The position numbers and the translations under genes are program-made. The notes under the pieces were generated by a model. That model did no database searches. It saw only the letters and a list, made by a program, of their open reading frames with translations, and had not been told where the DNA came from. Positions 42,864-51,423 of a DNA stretch of 52,376 nt are shown one piece after another. The stretch's first letter is position 1, and every line of letters starts with the position of its first letter. The DNA is from Frankiales bacterium (GTDB lineage Bacteria; Actinomycetota; Actinomycetes; Mycobacteriales; SCTD01), in contig JAOPVV010000173.1 of NCBI GenBank assembly GCA_025966005.1, forward strand, positions 1 to 52,376. Direction: 5' to 3'.

Positions 42864-43270
42864 GCCGGCACCGGCGCGAACAGGGGCAGGTAGACGTCGT
42901 CGTGCTGCTCGAAGCGGACCTGCAGCGGCATGCCGATGCGGACCTCGTCGAGGTCGACGCCGACGATCCTGGTGGTGATGTGCACGTCGTCCTGCTCCTC
43001 GAGGGCCACGATCCCGACCACGTACGGCGCGGGGATCGACGGCAGCAGCTGCTGGTAGGACACCGTGAAGGTGAACAGGGTGGCGCGTCCGGAGACCGGC
43101 TGCGGCGCGACGTCCGCAGAGCCGCAGGCGCGGCACTGCGGCGTCGGCGGGTGCAGGTAGAAGCCACAGGCCGAGCACCGCAGCAGCGACAGGGTGCCGG
43201 TGGCGCCGGAGGTCCAGTAGAAGTCGGACTCCGGGGTCAGGCGAGGAAGCGGCGGGGTCAGGGCGGTCAT
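42860..43270 (-). CDS. DUF35-type zinc-ribbon/OB-fold protein (partner of Ltp-like thiolases)
   Basis: CSACGFYLHPPTPQCRACGS zinc ribbon followed by an OB-like segment, 136 aa. ATG 43270 overlaps the ferredoxin stop (ATGA). Confidence 0.8.
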   Translation of the reverse strand: MTALTPPLPRLTPESDFYWTSGATGTLSLLRCSACGFYLHPPTPQCRACGSADVAPQPVSGRATLFTFTVSYQQLLPSIPAPYVVGIVALEEQDDVHITTRIVGVDLDEVRIGMPLQVRFEQHDDVYLPLFAPVPA

Positions 43271-43479
43271 GCGTGCACCGCCGAGTCCTCGAGCGTCACG
43301 CTGATCGCGTCCTCGGGACAGCTGCGCACGGCCTTGCCGGCGTCGAGCTCGAGGTCGGGCGGCACGACGCCGTCCCGCGTGGTCGAGAAACCGTTCTCGT
43401 CGAGCTCGAACACTTCGGGAGCGAGGGCTGCGCAGCGCGCATGTCCCTGGCACCGCTGGGGATCCACATGGACTCGCAC
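43267..43479 (-). CDS. Small ferredoxin (3Fe-4S, P450-associated type)
   Basis: VDPQRCQGHARCAALAPEVF..(distal)..RSCPEDAI. GTG 43479 follows AAGGAGA. Confidence 0.8.
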   Translation of the reverse strand: MRVHVDPQRCQGHARCAALAPEVFELDENGFSTTRDGVVPPDLELDAGKAVRSCPEDAISVTLEDSAVHA

Positions 43480-43559
43480 GATCGGTCTCCTTCTGCGGCG
43501 ATGGCCCTTGCACGACGGCGGGATGTGAGGCAACGTACATCCCGGACGCGACGGGCGCG

Positions 43560-43579
43560 ACAGTCCGTGTTTGATGTGT
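43560..43579. promoter_or_regulatory. ACAG-N12-GTGT element near the centre of a divergent promoter region
   Basis: acagtccgtgtttgatgtgt. Followed by further ACAG-containing words (43583, 43593: ACAGGAGACG, also present at 51358). Confidence 0.4.
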
Positions 43580-43653
43580 ACGACAGAAGCGGACAGGAGA
43601 CGGAGCCGGCGGAGCCGCTCCGGAGCCGATCAGGACGAAGGACGGTGAGGCAC

Positions 43654-45123
43654 GTGAGCGGCTGGCCCACAGAGCTGTACATCGACGGGGCGTGGCGCGC
43701 TGCGTCCGACGGAGGACGCCTGCAGGTGCTCAACCCGGCGGACGGCTCCCTGGTCGGGGAGGTGGCCGAGGCCACGGTCGGCGACGTCGAGTCGGCGATC
43801 ATCGCCGCCCGGCGCGCGTTCGACGAGGGACCGTGGGCGCACCTGCCCGTCCTCGAGCGCCAGCAGGTGCTGCGCGCCTTCGCCGACGGGCTCGAGGCGC
43901 GCGAGGCGGCCTTCACCGAGCTTGTCGTGGCCGAGGCCGGCGTCACGCTGCAGCTGGCGCGCGCCGCCCAGGTCAGGGCCCCGCTGTTGCACTTCCGCGA
44001 CATGGTCGAGCGGGTGCTCCCGACGTTCGCGTTCTCCCGGCCGCAGCCCCCGACCTTCGGCCTGGGCATCGGCCAGGGCGTCGTGCTGCGCGAGCCCGCC
44101 GGGGTCGTCTCGGCCATCACCGCCTTCAACTGGCCGATGTTCCTGAACATCTCGAAGATCGCGCCTGCGCTCGCCGCGGGCTGCACCGTCGTGCTGCGAC
44201 CGTCACCGCTCACACCGCTGTCGGCGCTGCTGCTCGGCGAGGTCGCCGAGGAGGCCGGCCTGCCCGCCGGCGTGCTGAACATCGTCACGGGCGGCGTCGA
44301 CGCGGCGGCCCTGCTGACCCACCACCCGGCCGTCGACGTGGTGAGTTTCACCGGGTCCGACGCCGTGGGACGCCAGGTCATGCAGCAGGCGGCGGTCGGT
44401 GCCAAGCGCACGGTCCTCGAGCTGGGCGGCAAGTCGGCCAACATCGTCCTCGATGACGCCGACCTGGCCCGCGTCGCGCCCTACGCGGTCACGAACTTCA
44501 CCCGGCACTCCGGGCAGGGCTGCGCCTGCTTCACCCGCGTGCTGGTGCACGAGTCGCGCCACGACGAGCTGGTGGAGCGGATGCTCGAGGTGCTGCGGGG
44601 GCTCAAGGTCGGCGACCCGACCGACCCGGCGACCGACATGGGGCCGCTCATCAGCGCCCGGCAGCGGGACCGCGTCGAGAGCTACGTGGCGCTGGGTCGC
44701 GAGGAGGGGGCGACGGTGGCCTTCGGCGGCGGCCGTCCCGCGGGGCTGGACGCCGGCTTCTTCGTCGAGCCGGTGCTGTTCACCGACGTCAAGAACTCGA
44801 TGCGCATCGCCCAGGAGGAGATCTTCGGGCCGGTCGGCGTGGTCATCCCGTTCTCCAGCGACGACGAGGCCGTCAGCATCGCCAACGACTCGCCGTTCGG
44901 GCTGTCCGGTGCGGTGTGGGCCAAGGACCCCGTGCGCGCCTACGGCGTCGCGACCCGGCTGCGCACCGGCATGGTCACCCTCAACGGCGGGGGCGGTGGC
45001 GTGAACCCCCACGGCCCCTTCGGCGGCTACAAGATCAGCGGCGTCGGGCGCGAGTTCGGCGAGGCCGGTCTCGAGGAGTACCTCGAGACCAAGACCGTCA
45101 ACTGGGCCGTCGCCTCCGGCTGA
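43654..45123 (+). CDS. Aldehyde dehydrogenase (NAD(P)+)
   Basis: VLELGGKSA, catalytic GQGCACFTR, EEIFGPV, PFGGYKISGVGRE. The GTG 43654 start is tentative. Confidence 0.9.
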   Translation: MSGWPTELYIDGAWRAASDGGRLQVLNPADGSLVGEVAEATVGDVESAIIAARRAFDEGPWAHLPVLERQQVLRAFADGLEAREAAFTELVVAEAGVTLQLARAAQVRAPLLHFRDMVERVLPTFAFSRPQPPTFGLGIGQGVVLREPAGVVSAITAFNWPMFLNISKIAPALAAGCTVVLRPSPLTPLSALLLGEVAEEAGLPAGVLNIVTGGVDAAALLTHHPAVDVVSFTGSDAVGRQVMQQAAVGAKRTVLELGGKSANIVLDDADLARVAPYAVTNFTRHSGQGCACFTRVLVHESRHDELVERMLEVLRGLKVGDPTDPATDMGPLISARQRDRVESYVALGREEGATVAFGGGRPAGLDAGFFVEPVLFTDVKNSMRIAQEEIFGPVGVVIPFSSDDEAVSIANDSPFGLSGAVWAKDPVRAYGVATRLRTGMVTLNGGGGGVNPHGPFGGYKISGVGREFGEAGLEEYLETKTVNWAVASG

Positions 45124-45178
45124 GCCGGGCCCGCTCCTGCCCCACCCTTCCTCGCACCTGCTACCAAGGAGTCTCCCA

Positions 45179-46393
45179 GTGACGCAGCTCGACCTTCCCG
45201 CCACCGACCTGACGCGTGAGTTCCTCACCGCCTTCGACCACCACGACAAGCGCCTCGGTGCGGTCCGCGAGGACGTGTTCAAGGGACTCCGGGAGACGCC
45301 GGTCGTGTGGACGGACAAGCACGGCGGCTTCTGGGTGGTGTCGGGTTACGACGAGGCGCGCTACGTCATGCAGAGCTACGACCTGTTCGCCACGGCGCCC
45401 AGCGTGAACATCCCGCCCGGCCTCGGCCAGCGGCGGCCGATGCTGCCGCTCGAGGTCGACCCGCCGCTGCAGATGCGCTACCGCAGCCCGCTCGCGCCGG
45501 TCTTCGCGCCGCAGCGGATGCGCGAGCTCAAGGTCCAGATCGAGCAGCTCGCCCACGAGCTGCTCGACGGGTTCATCGAGCGTGGCAAGGGCGACTTCTT
45601 CAACGAGTTCGCCGACCCGCTGCCGGTCGCGATCTTCACCCGGCTGATGGGACTGCCCGAGGAGGACACCCCCAAGTTCAACCACTGGAAGAAGGTGCTG
45701 CTGCACGGGCACGCCGACGACCCGGACGGCACCGTCCGGGCGGCCGCCGGCGACGACCTGTCGGCCTACCTGACGGGCCTGATCCGGGCGCGTCGGGCCG
45801 AGCCGCGGGACGACCTGCTGACGCTGCTGGTGCAGGCCGAGACCGAGGGGGGTCCCCTGGACGACGACGAGATCCTCGACATCACCTTCCTGCTGTTCGT
45901 CGCCGGCCTGGACACGATCAGCTCCTCGATCGGCCTGCAGGTGCTGTTCCTCGCGACGCACCCGGAGTACCGCGACCTGCTGGTCGAGGACCCCTCCCGC
46001 ATCCCGAACGCCGTCGAGGAGCTGCTGCGCACGAACAGCCTCATCCTGCTGGCGCGCACGGCGACGCAGGACACGGACCTGTTCGGCTCGCCCGTCAAGA
46101 AGGGTGACCGGATCCTCGTCAACACCATCACCGCCAACCTGGACGGCCGGGAGTTCCCGGACGCCGACCACGTCGACCTCACGCGCGAGCCGAACCGGCA
46201 CATCGCCTTCGGCGCCGGACCGCACCGCTGCCCGGGCTCGCACCTCGCCCGGATCGAGCTGGAGATCGTGCACCGCGTGCTGCACGAGCGGATGCCCGAC
46301 TACCGGCTCGACCCGGACGCGGCGATCTCCTTCCACTTCGGGTCGGTCGCCGGCCTGGACACCCTCCCGCTGCTGTGGGGGGCCGAGGCGTGA
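45179..46393 (+). CDS. Cytochrome P450
   Basis: GTG 45179 follows AAGGAG. Heme loop FGAGPHRCPG, ExxR in VEELLR, AGLDT I-helix. Confidence 0.9.
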   Translation: MTQLDLPATDLTREFLTAFDHHDKRLGAVREDVFKGLRETPVVWTDKHGGFWVVSGYDEARYVMQSYDLFATAPSVNIPPGLGQRRPMLPLEVDPPLQMRYRSPLAPVFAPQRMRELKVQIEQLAHELLDGFIERGKGDFFNEFADPLPVAIFTRLMGLPEEDTPKFNHWKKVLLHGHADDPDGTVRAAAGDDLSAYLTGLIRARRAEPRDDLLTLLVQAETEGGPLDDDEILDITFLLFVAGLDTISSSIGLQVLFLATHPEYRDLLVEDPSRIPNAVEELLRTNSLILLARTATQDTDLFGSPVKKGDRILVNTITANLDGREFPDADHVDLTREPNRHIAFGAGPHRCPGSHLARIELEIVHRVLHERMPDYRLDPDAAISFHFGSVAGLDTLPLLWGAEA

Positions 46394-47703
46394 CCCTCGA
46401 GACAGGCACGCCCACGACCGGCACCGGTTTCCCGTCCACCGACGAGCTGATGCGCGAGCTCAGCGAGGTGTTCGCCGCCAGCAAGGTCAGCGACATCTAC
46501 CCGGGGCTCGCGCAGCGCCGCCGGGACACGCCGGTGATGGAGGGCGACCTGCTGGCGGAGTTCGGTGCCCCGTCCATGGCTGCCGGCTTCGACGGCAGTC
46601 GGGCCGTTTACACGCTGTTCCGCTACGACGACGTGCTGGCGGCGCTGAAGGACGACGAGACGTTCTCCAGCAGTCCCATGCAGGACGCCCTCGGGCCGCT
46701 GCTGGGGACCGTCATCACGGGCCTGGACGGCGAGGAGCACCGCCACCTCCGGGCGCTGCTGAGCCCGGCCGTCGCCCGCGAGAACTTCGGCCTGTGGCAG
46801 GAGACGATCGTCGACCCGGTCGTCACGCAGCTGGTCGCCGACGTGGCGGCGGGCGACGGCAGGGCCGACCTCATGGGCTTCGCCGTGCGCTTCCCGATCC
46901 GGATCATCTACGAGGTGCTCGGGTTCCCGACCGACGACCTCGAGAGCTACGAGCTGTTCCAGGCGCGGGCCCTCACCACCCTGCTCGGCTTCGGCAGCAC
47001 CGACCCCGCCATGGCCGACAAGGCCATGGCGAACATGATGCGCGCGCTCGAGTCCGTGCAGGGCCTCTACGACGACATGCTGCCGATCGTGCAGCGCCGA
47101 CGGGCCGAGGGCGCGGTCGGGCACGACCTCATCGCGCACCTGCTTCGGGCCGAGGTCGACGGCGTCCGGATGACCGACCACGAGGTCACCGTGCTGGCCC
47201 GTTCGCTGCTGCCGGCTGCGGCCGAGACCACCACCCGCTCCTGGAGCAACATGATGGTGTGCCTGCTCAACCGACCGGAGCTGCTCGACGCCGTCCGCGC
47301 CGACCGGAGCCTGGTGCCCAAGGTCGTCAACGAGACGATGCGCTTCGAGCCGACGTCGGTGGCCAACGCGCGGCTGACGACGCGCGACGTCGAGATCCGC
47401 GGCGTGACGATCCCCGCGGGCACGGGGGTGACGCTGATGCAGGGCGCCGCCAACCGCGATGAGGAGGTCTACGCCGACCCGGACACGTTCGACCCGTTCC
47501 GGACAGGCAAGCCCTCCCTGACGTTCGGGTGGGGCGCCCACATGTGCATCGGGATGAATCTGGCCAAGCTCGAGATGGTCAGCGCCCTCAACGCCGTGCT
47601 CGACGGGCTGCCCGGGCTGCGCGCCGACCCGGACGCCCCGGCGCCCGAGGTCGCCGGGATCACGCTGCGAGGGGCTCGGGCGCTCCCGGTCGTCTGGGGA
47701 TGA
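46390..47703 (+). CDS. Cytochrome P450
   Basis: GTG 46390 overlaps the upstream stop (GTGA). Heme loop FGWGAHMCIG, ExxR in NETMR, AAAETTT I-helix. Confidence 0.9.
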   Translation: MTLETGTPTTGTGFPSTDELMRELSEVFAASKVSDIYPGLAQRRRDTPVMEGDLLAEFGAPSMAAGFDGSRAVYTLFRYDDVLAALKDDETFSSSPMQDALGPLLGTVITGLDGEEHRHLRALLSPAVARENFGLWQETIVDPVVTQLVADVAAGDGRADLMGFAVRFPIRIIYEVLGFPTDDLESYELFQARALTTLLGFGSTDPAMADKAMANMMRALESVQGLYDDMLPIVQRRRAEGAVGHDLIAHLLRAEVDGVRMTDHEVTVLARSLLPAAAETTTRSWSNMMVCLLNRPELLDAVRADRSLVPKVVNETMRFEPTSVANARLTTRDVEIRGVTIPAGTGVTLMQGAANRDEEVYADPDTFDPFRTGKPSLTFGWGAHMCIGMNLAKLEMVSALNAVLDGLPGLRADPDAPAPEVAGITLRGARALPVVWG

Positions 47704-48482
47704 GTCCCGCGCGCGACCTCGACGGCCGCGTCGTGCTCGTGACCGGTGCCTCCCGGGGCATCGGCCTGGCCACGGCCCGTGCGGTGGCGGATGCCGGGGG
47801 GACGCCGGTCCTGGTCGCGCGCGACGAGGACCGGCTGCGCAAGGCCGCGGCCGAAGTCGGCCCCAGCGCCGTGGCCCTGCCGGCTGACGTCTCGGACAGC
47901 GGCTCGGTGACACGCCTGCTGGACGCGGTCGACACGCGGCTGGGGCGGCTCGACGCGGTCGTCAACAACGCGGCCGTGGCGTGGCCGCACCGGGTGGAGG
48001 ACGTCACCGACGCGCAGCTCGCGGCCGAGGTGGGGACCAACCTGGTCGGTCCGCTGCTGGTGATCCGCGCGGCGCTGCCGCTGCTGCGCCGCAGCGGTGG
48101 CGGCACGATCGTGAACGTCTCCACGGAGTCGGTGCGCGACCCGTTCCCGTTCCTCGCCCTGTACGCCGCCACCAAGGCCGGGCTCGAGGTCCTCACCGAG
48201 GGCCTCGCCCGCGAGCTGCGCGGCGAGCCGGTGCGGGTCTGCCTGCTCGTGGCCGGCCGCACGGGGGGAGGCGGGTTCACGGCGCACTGGCCGGCCGACG
48301 TCCGCCGGGAGGCCGAGGCGGCCTGGGACGCCCAGGGCTACCGGGCGCGGACGTCGGGCACGGTCGCGCAGCCGCCGGAGCGGGTCGCCGAGGCCGTGCT
48401 GCTGATGATCACCCAACCACCGGGCTCCGTGGTCGACCACGTGTCTGTCCGGGCGCACACCGGTTCCCTGCTGCCGCCGTAG
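47700..48482 (+). CDS. Short-chain dehydrogenase/reductase (SDR)
   Basis: ATG 47700 overlaps the upstream stop (ATGA). Motifs VTGASRGIGLA, NNAA, YAATKAGL. Confidence 0.9.
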   Translation: MSPARDLDGRVVLVTGASRGIGLATARAVADAGGTPVLVARDEDRLRKAAAEVGPSAVALPADVSDSGSVTRLLDAVDTRLGRLDAVVNNAAVAWPHRVEDVTDAQLAAEVGTNLVGPLLVIRAALPLLRRSGGGTIVNVSTESVRDPFPFLALYAATKAGLEVLTEGLARELRGEPVRVCLLVAGRTGGGGFTAHWPADVRREAEAAWDAQGYRARTSGTVAQPPERVAEAVLLMITQPPGSVVDHVSVRAHTGSLLPP

Positions 48483-48518
48483 GCCCGCTCCGTCCGCGCG
48501 CCGACCCGTACCCATGAG

Positions 48519-48538
48519 ACACTCGGGGCAGGATCTGT
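48519..48538. promoter_or_regulatory. ACAC-N12-CTGT(CC) element (weak member)
   Basis: acactcggggcaggatctgt lies 33 nt upstream of the GTG at 48572. Confidence 0.3.
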
Positions 48539-48571
48539 CCAGTCACACCGCCCAGTCCGCTGAGGAGTCCC

Positions 48572-49789
48572 GTGTACACGCTCATGTCAGGCGTCCGCGT
48601 CGTCGAGGTCGCCACCTGGACCTTCGTCCCGGCAGCGGGGGCCGTCCTCGCCGACTGGGGCGCCGACGTCATCAAGGTCGAGCACCCGGTCAAGGGCGAC
48701 CCGCAGCGTGGCCTGATCAGCTCGGGGGTGGTGCCGGGGCTCACCGCGGGAGCGGACCACCTCATCGAGGTGCCGAACCGGGGAAAGCGCAGCGTCGGGC
48801 TGGACATCGCCACCCCGGAGGGCCGCGCCCTGCTCGACCAGCTCATCGCGACGGCCGACGTCTTCCTCACCAACTTCCTGCCGCCGACGATCGCCAAGCT
48901 CGGCCTGGGCGTGGAGCAGGTCCGGGCCGTCAAGCCGGACATCATCTACGCCCGGGGCACCGGCCAGGGAGTCCGGGGCCCGGAGGCGGGCAAGGGCGGC
49001 TACGACGGGGCGTCCTACTTCGCCCGTGGCGGCGTCTACGCGTCGCTGACCTCCCCGGGCGGACCGCTGCCGGAGCAGCCGTCCGCGTTCGGCGACATCA
49101 TGGGCGGCCTCACGCTGGCCGGTGGCGTGTCCGCGGCGCTCTACAAGCGGGCGATGACCGGTGAGCCCTCCACGGTCGACGTGTCCCTGCTGGGCCTCGC
49201 GGCGTGGAACGTGGCTCCCAACGTCGTCGCCGCCAAGCTGCTCGAGGGCGTCGAGATGCCGACGTACGGTCCGGACGACCGGCCGAACCCGATCGCGCGG
49301 ATGGCCTACGAGACCAAGGACGGCCGGCGGCTGGCCTTCGTCATGCTCGAGTCGGACCGCTTCTGGCCCGACCTGTGCCAGCACCTCGAGCGGCCGGACC
49401 TCATCGACGACCCGCGCTTCATCGACGCGAAGGCGCGCAACGAGAACCGGCGCGAGTGCATCGCGGTCCTGCGCGAGGTGTTCCGCCAGCGGACGTTCGA
49501 GGAGTGGAAGACGCAGCTGGCGACCGTGAAGGGGGTCTGGGCGCCGGTGCAGACGCCGCTCGAGCTCCACGACGACGTCCAGGTGCAGGCCAACGGCTAC
49601 CTGCAGCAGGTGACCACGAACAGCGGGCACGCGTTCGCCACCGTGGCGAGCCCGGTGCAGTTCGACGGCGCCCCGACCGGACTCACGGCTGCGCCCGACC
49701 TCGGTCAGCACACGGAGGAGGTCCTGCTCGAGCTGGGTCTGACGTGGGACGACCTGATCGTGCACAAGGACAGCGGCACCATCTCCTGA
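48572..49789 (+). CDS. Family III CoA-transferase (CaiB/BaiF type), second copy
   Basis: VRVVEVATWTFVPAAGAVLADWGADVIKVEHPVKGDPQR. GTG 48572 follows GAGGAG. Confidence 0.9.
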   Translation: MYTLMSGVRVVEVATWTFVPAAGAVLADWGADVIKVEHPVKGDPQRGLISSGVVPGLTAGADHLIEVPNRGKRSVGLDIATPEGRALLDQLIATADVFLTNFLPPTIAKLGLGVEQVRAVKPDIIYARGTGQGVRGPEAGKGGYDGASYFARGGVYASLTSPGGPLPEQPSAFGDIMGGLTLAGGVSAALYKRAMTGEPSTVDVSLLGLAAWNVAPNVVAAKLLEGVEMPTYGPDDRPNPIARMAYETKDGRRLAFVMLESDRFWPDLCQHLERPDLIDDPRFIDAKARNENRRECIAVLREVFRQRTFEEWKTQLATVKGVWAPVQTPLELHDDVQVQANGYLQQVTTNSGHAFATVASPVQFDGAPTGLTAAPDLGQHTEEVLLELGLTWDDLIVHKDSGTIS

Positions 49790-49803
49790 CGCCCCGATGC
49801 TGA

Positions 49804-49842
49804 CAGGACCGGCCGGCCGCGGCGTGCGGCCGGCCGGTCCTG
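49804..49842. terminator. Strong hairpin (17-bp perfect stem) between convergent genes
   Basis: caggaccggccggccgc (49804-49820), loop ggcgt, gcggccggccggtcctg (49826-49842). Confidence 0.6.
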
Positions 49843-49852
49843 CGGTCGAGCT

Positions 49853-51310
49853 CTACGGGGCCGGGTACCCGATGGTCTTGGTCTCCAGGTAGTCCTCGAG
49901 CCCCTCCGGTCCCCACTCCCGGCCCAGCCCGCTCTGCTTGTAGCCGCCGAACGGGGTCTCGGGGTCGAAGAACTGGCCGCCGTTCACCGAGATGGTCCCG
50001 GTGCGCAGGCGTGCGGCGACCCGCATGGCCCGGTCGAGGTCGCCGCCGAAGACGGCGCCGCTGAGCCCGAACGGGGACTCGTTCGCCACCCGCACCGCGT
50101 CGTCGTCGTCGTCGAACGGGACGATGGCCAGGACGGGGCCGAAGATCTCCTCCTGCGCGATGCGGCTGAGGTTGGGCACGTCGGCGAACACGGTCGGCTG
50201 GACGAACCAGCCCTGGTCGAACTGGGTCGCCCGGCCGCCGCCGAGCACGAGGCGGCCCTCCTGCTTGCCGATCTCGATGTACTCGAGCACGCGCTCGTAC
50301 TGGCGCTGGGTGATCAGCGGCCCCATGAGGTTGCCCATGTCGGTCGGGTCGCCGTAGGGGATCGAGCCGACGACCGCCGCGGCGATCTCGGCGGCCCGGT
50401 CCATCAGGTGGCGGGGGACGAGCAGGCGGGTGGGGAGTGCGCAACCCTGGCCGGCGTGCATGCAGATGGTCCCGGCGGCGGCACCGACGGAGGCGGCGAG
50501 GTCGGCGTCCTCGAGCACGATCGCGGCAGACTTGCCGCCCAGCTCGAGCGACACCCGCTTGATGGTGTCGGCCGCGTTCCTCATGATCCGCCGACCGGTC
50601 GCGGTCGACCCCGTGAAGGTGATCTGGTCGACCTCGGCGTGGCTGGTGAGCAGCTCGGCGACGGCGTTGTCGGAGGTCGTGATGACGTTGAGGACGCCGG
50701 CGGGGATGTCGGTCTGCGCCGCCGCGGCCGCGAGCAGGGTGCCGGACCACGGGGTCTCGGGCGCGGGCTTGAGCACGACCGTGCAGCCGGCAGCCAGCGA
50801 GGCCGCGATCTTCGTGATGTTCAGCTGGAACGGGTAGTTCCAGGGCGTGATGGCCGAGACGACGCCCGCCGCCTCCTTGCGCACGACGCGGCGGGACGGC
50901 GTGCCGAACACCGTCTTGACCGGGATCTCGCGCTGCCACTCGTAGTTTGGGATCAGGTCGGCGTAGTACGAGAGGTTCTCGATCGGCCCGTCGACCCCGA
51001 TGGCGTGGGCCAGCCCGACCGGCATGCCGGTCTCGGCCGTGTGCGCCGCGCGGATCGTCTCGACGTCCTTGCGCAGCTGGGCCTGCAGCTGCAGCAGGCA
51101 GTCGCGGCGGAAGTCGACGTCGGTCGACCAGCGCGACTGCTCGAACGCCCGTCGAGCCGCGGTGACCGCACGGTCGACGTCCGCGACGCTGGCGTCCGGC
51201 GCGGTGCCGACGACCTGCTCGGTGGCCGGGTTGACGTTGTCGTACTCGCGACCGCCCTCGGCGGCGACGAGGTCGCCGTCGATGAGCATCTGCTGGACAT
51301 CGAGGTCCAT
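49853..51310 (-). CDS. Aldehyde dehydrogenase (NAD(P)+), second copy
   Basis: ATG 51310 follows GGAGGAAG. Motifs SLELGGKSA, GQGCALPTR, EEIFGPV, PFGGYKQSGLGRE. Confidence 0.9.
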   Translation of the reverse strand: MDLDVQQMLIDGDLVAAEGGREYDNVNPATEQVVGTAPDASVADVDRAVTAARRAFEQSRWSTDVDFRRDCLLQLQAQLRKDVETIRAAHTAETGMPVGLAHAIGVDGPIENLSYYADLIPNYEWQREIPVKTVFGTPSRRVVRKEAAGVVSAITPWNYPFQLNITKIAASLAAGCTVVLKPAPETPWSGTLLAAAAAQTDIPAGVLNVITTSDNAVAELLTSHAEVDQITFTGSTATGRRIMRNAADTIKRVSLELGGKSAAIVLEDADLAASVGAAAGTICMHAGQGCALPTRLLVPRHLMDRAAEIAAAVVGSIPYGDPTDMGNLMGPLITQRQYERVLEYIEIGKQEGRLVLGGGRATQFDQGWFVQPTVFADVPNLSRIAQEEIFGPVLAIVPFDDDDDAVRVANESPFGLSGAVFGGDLDRAMRVAARLRTGTISVNGGQFFDPETPFGGYKQSGLGREWGPEGLEDYLETKTIGYPAP

Positions 51311-51357
51311 GGGCACTTCCTCCGGGTGGCTGGCTGTCAAGAAAGGGGACGTCTTGA

Positions 51358-51377
51358 ACAGGAGACGTCTCGACTGT
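51358..51377. promoter_or_regulatory. Perfect (GA)ACAG-N12-CTGT element with a palindromic GAGACGTCTC core, centred in a divergent promoter region
   Basis: acagGAGACGTCTCgactgt. Its centre coincides with the midpoint of the 113-bp gap between the starts at 51310 (-) and 51424 (+). Confidence 0.55.
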
Positions 51378-51423
51378 AACGTCGCCAGACCGGATCGGTC
51401 GACCTTCACGCGAGGAGCACATC

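Noticed and set aside
9392-51377. KstR/KstR2 (steroid regulon) operators, and hence calling the island a steroid-degradation cluster.
   Set aside because: The recurring element (ACAG-N12-CTGT) does not match TnnAACnnGTTnnA or AnCAAGnnCTTGnT as I recall them. Hallmark steroid genes (KshA/B, KstD, HsaA/B/D, mce4) are not visible. HsaC-like, Ltp-like and thiolase genes alone are not diagnostic, so I leave the substrate open.
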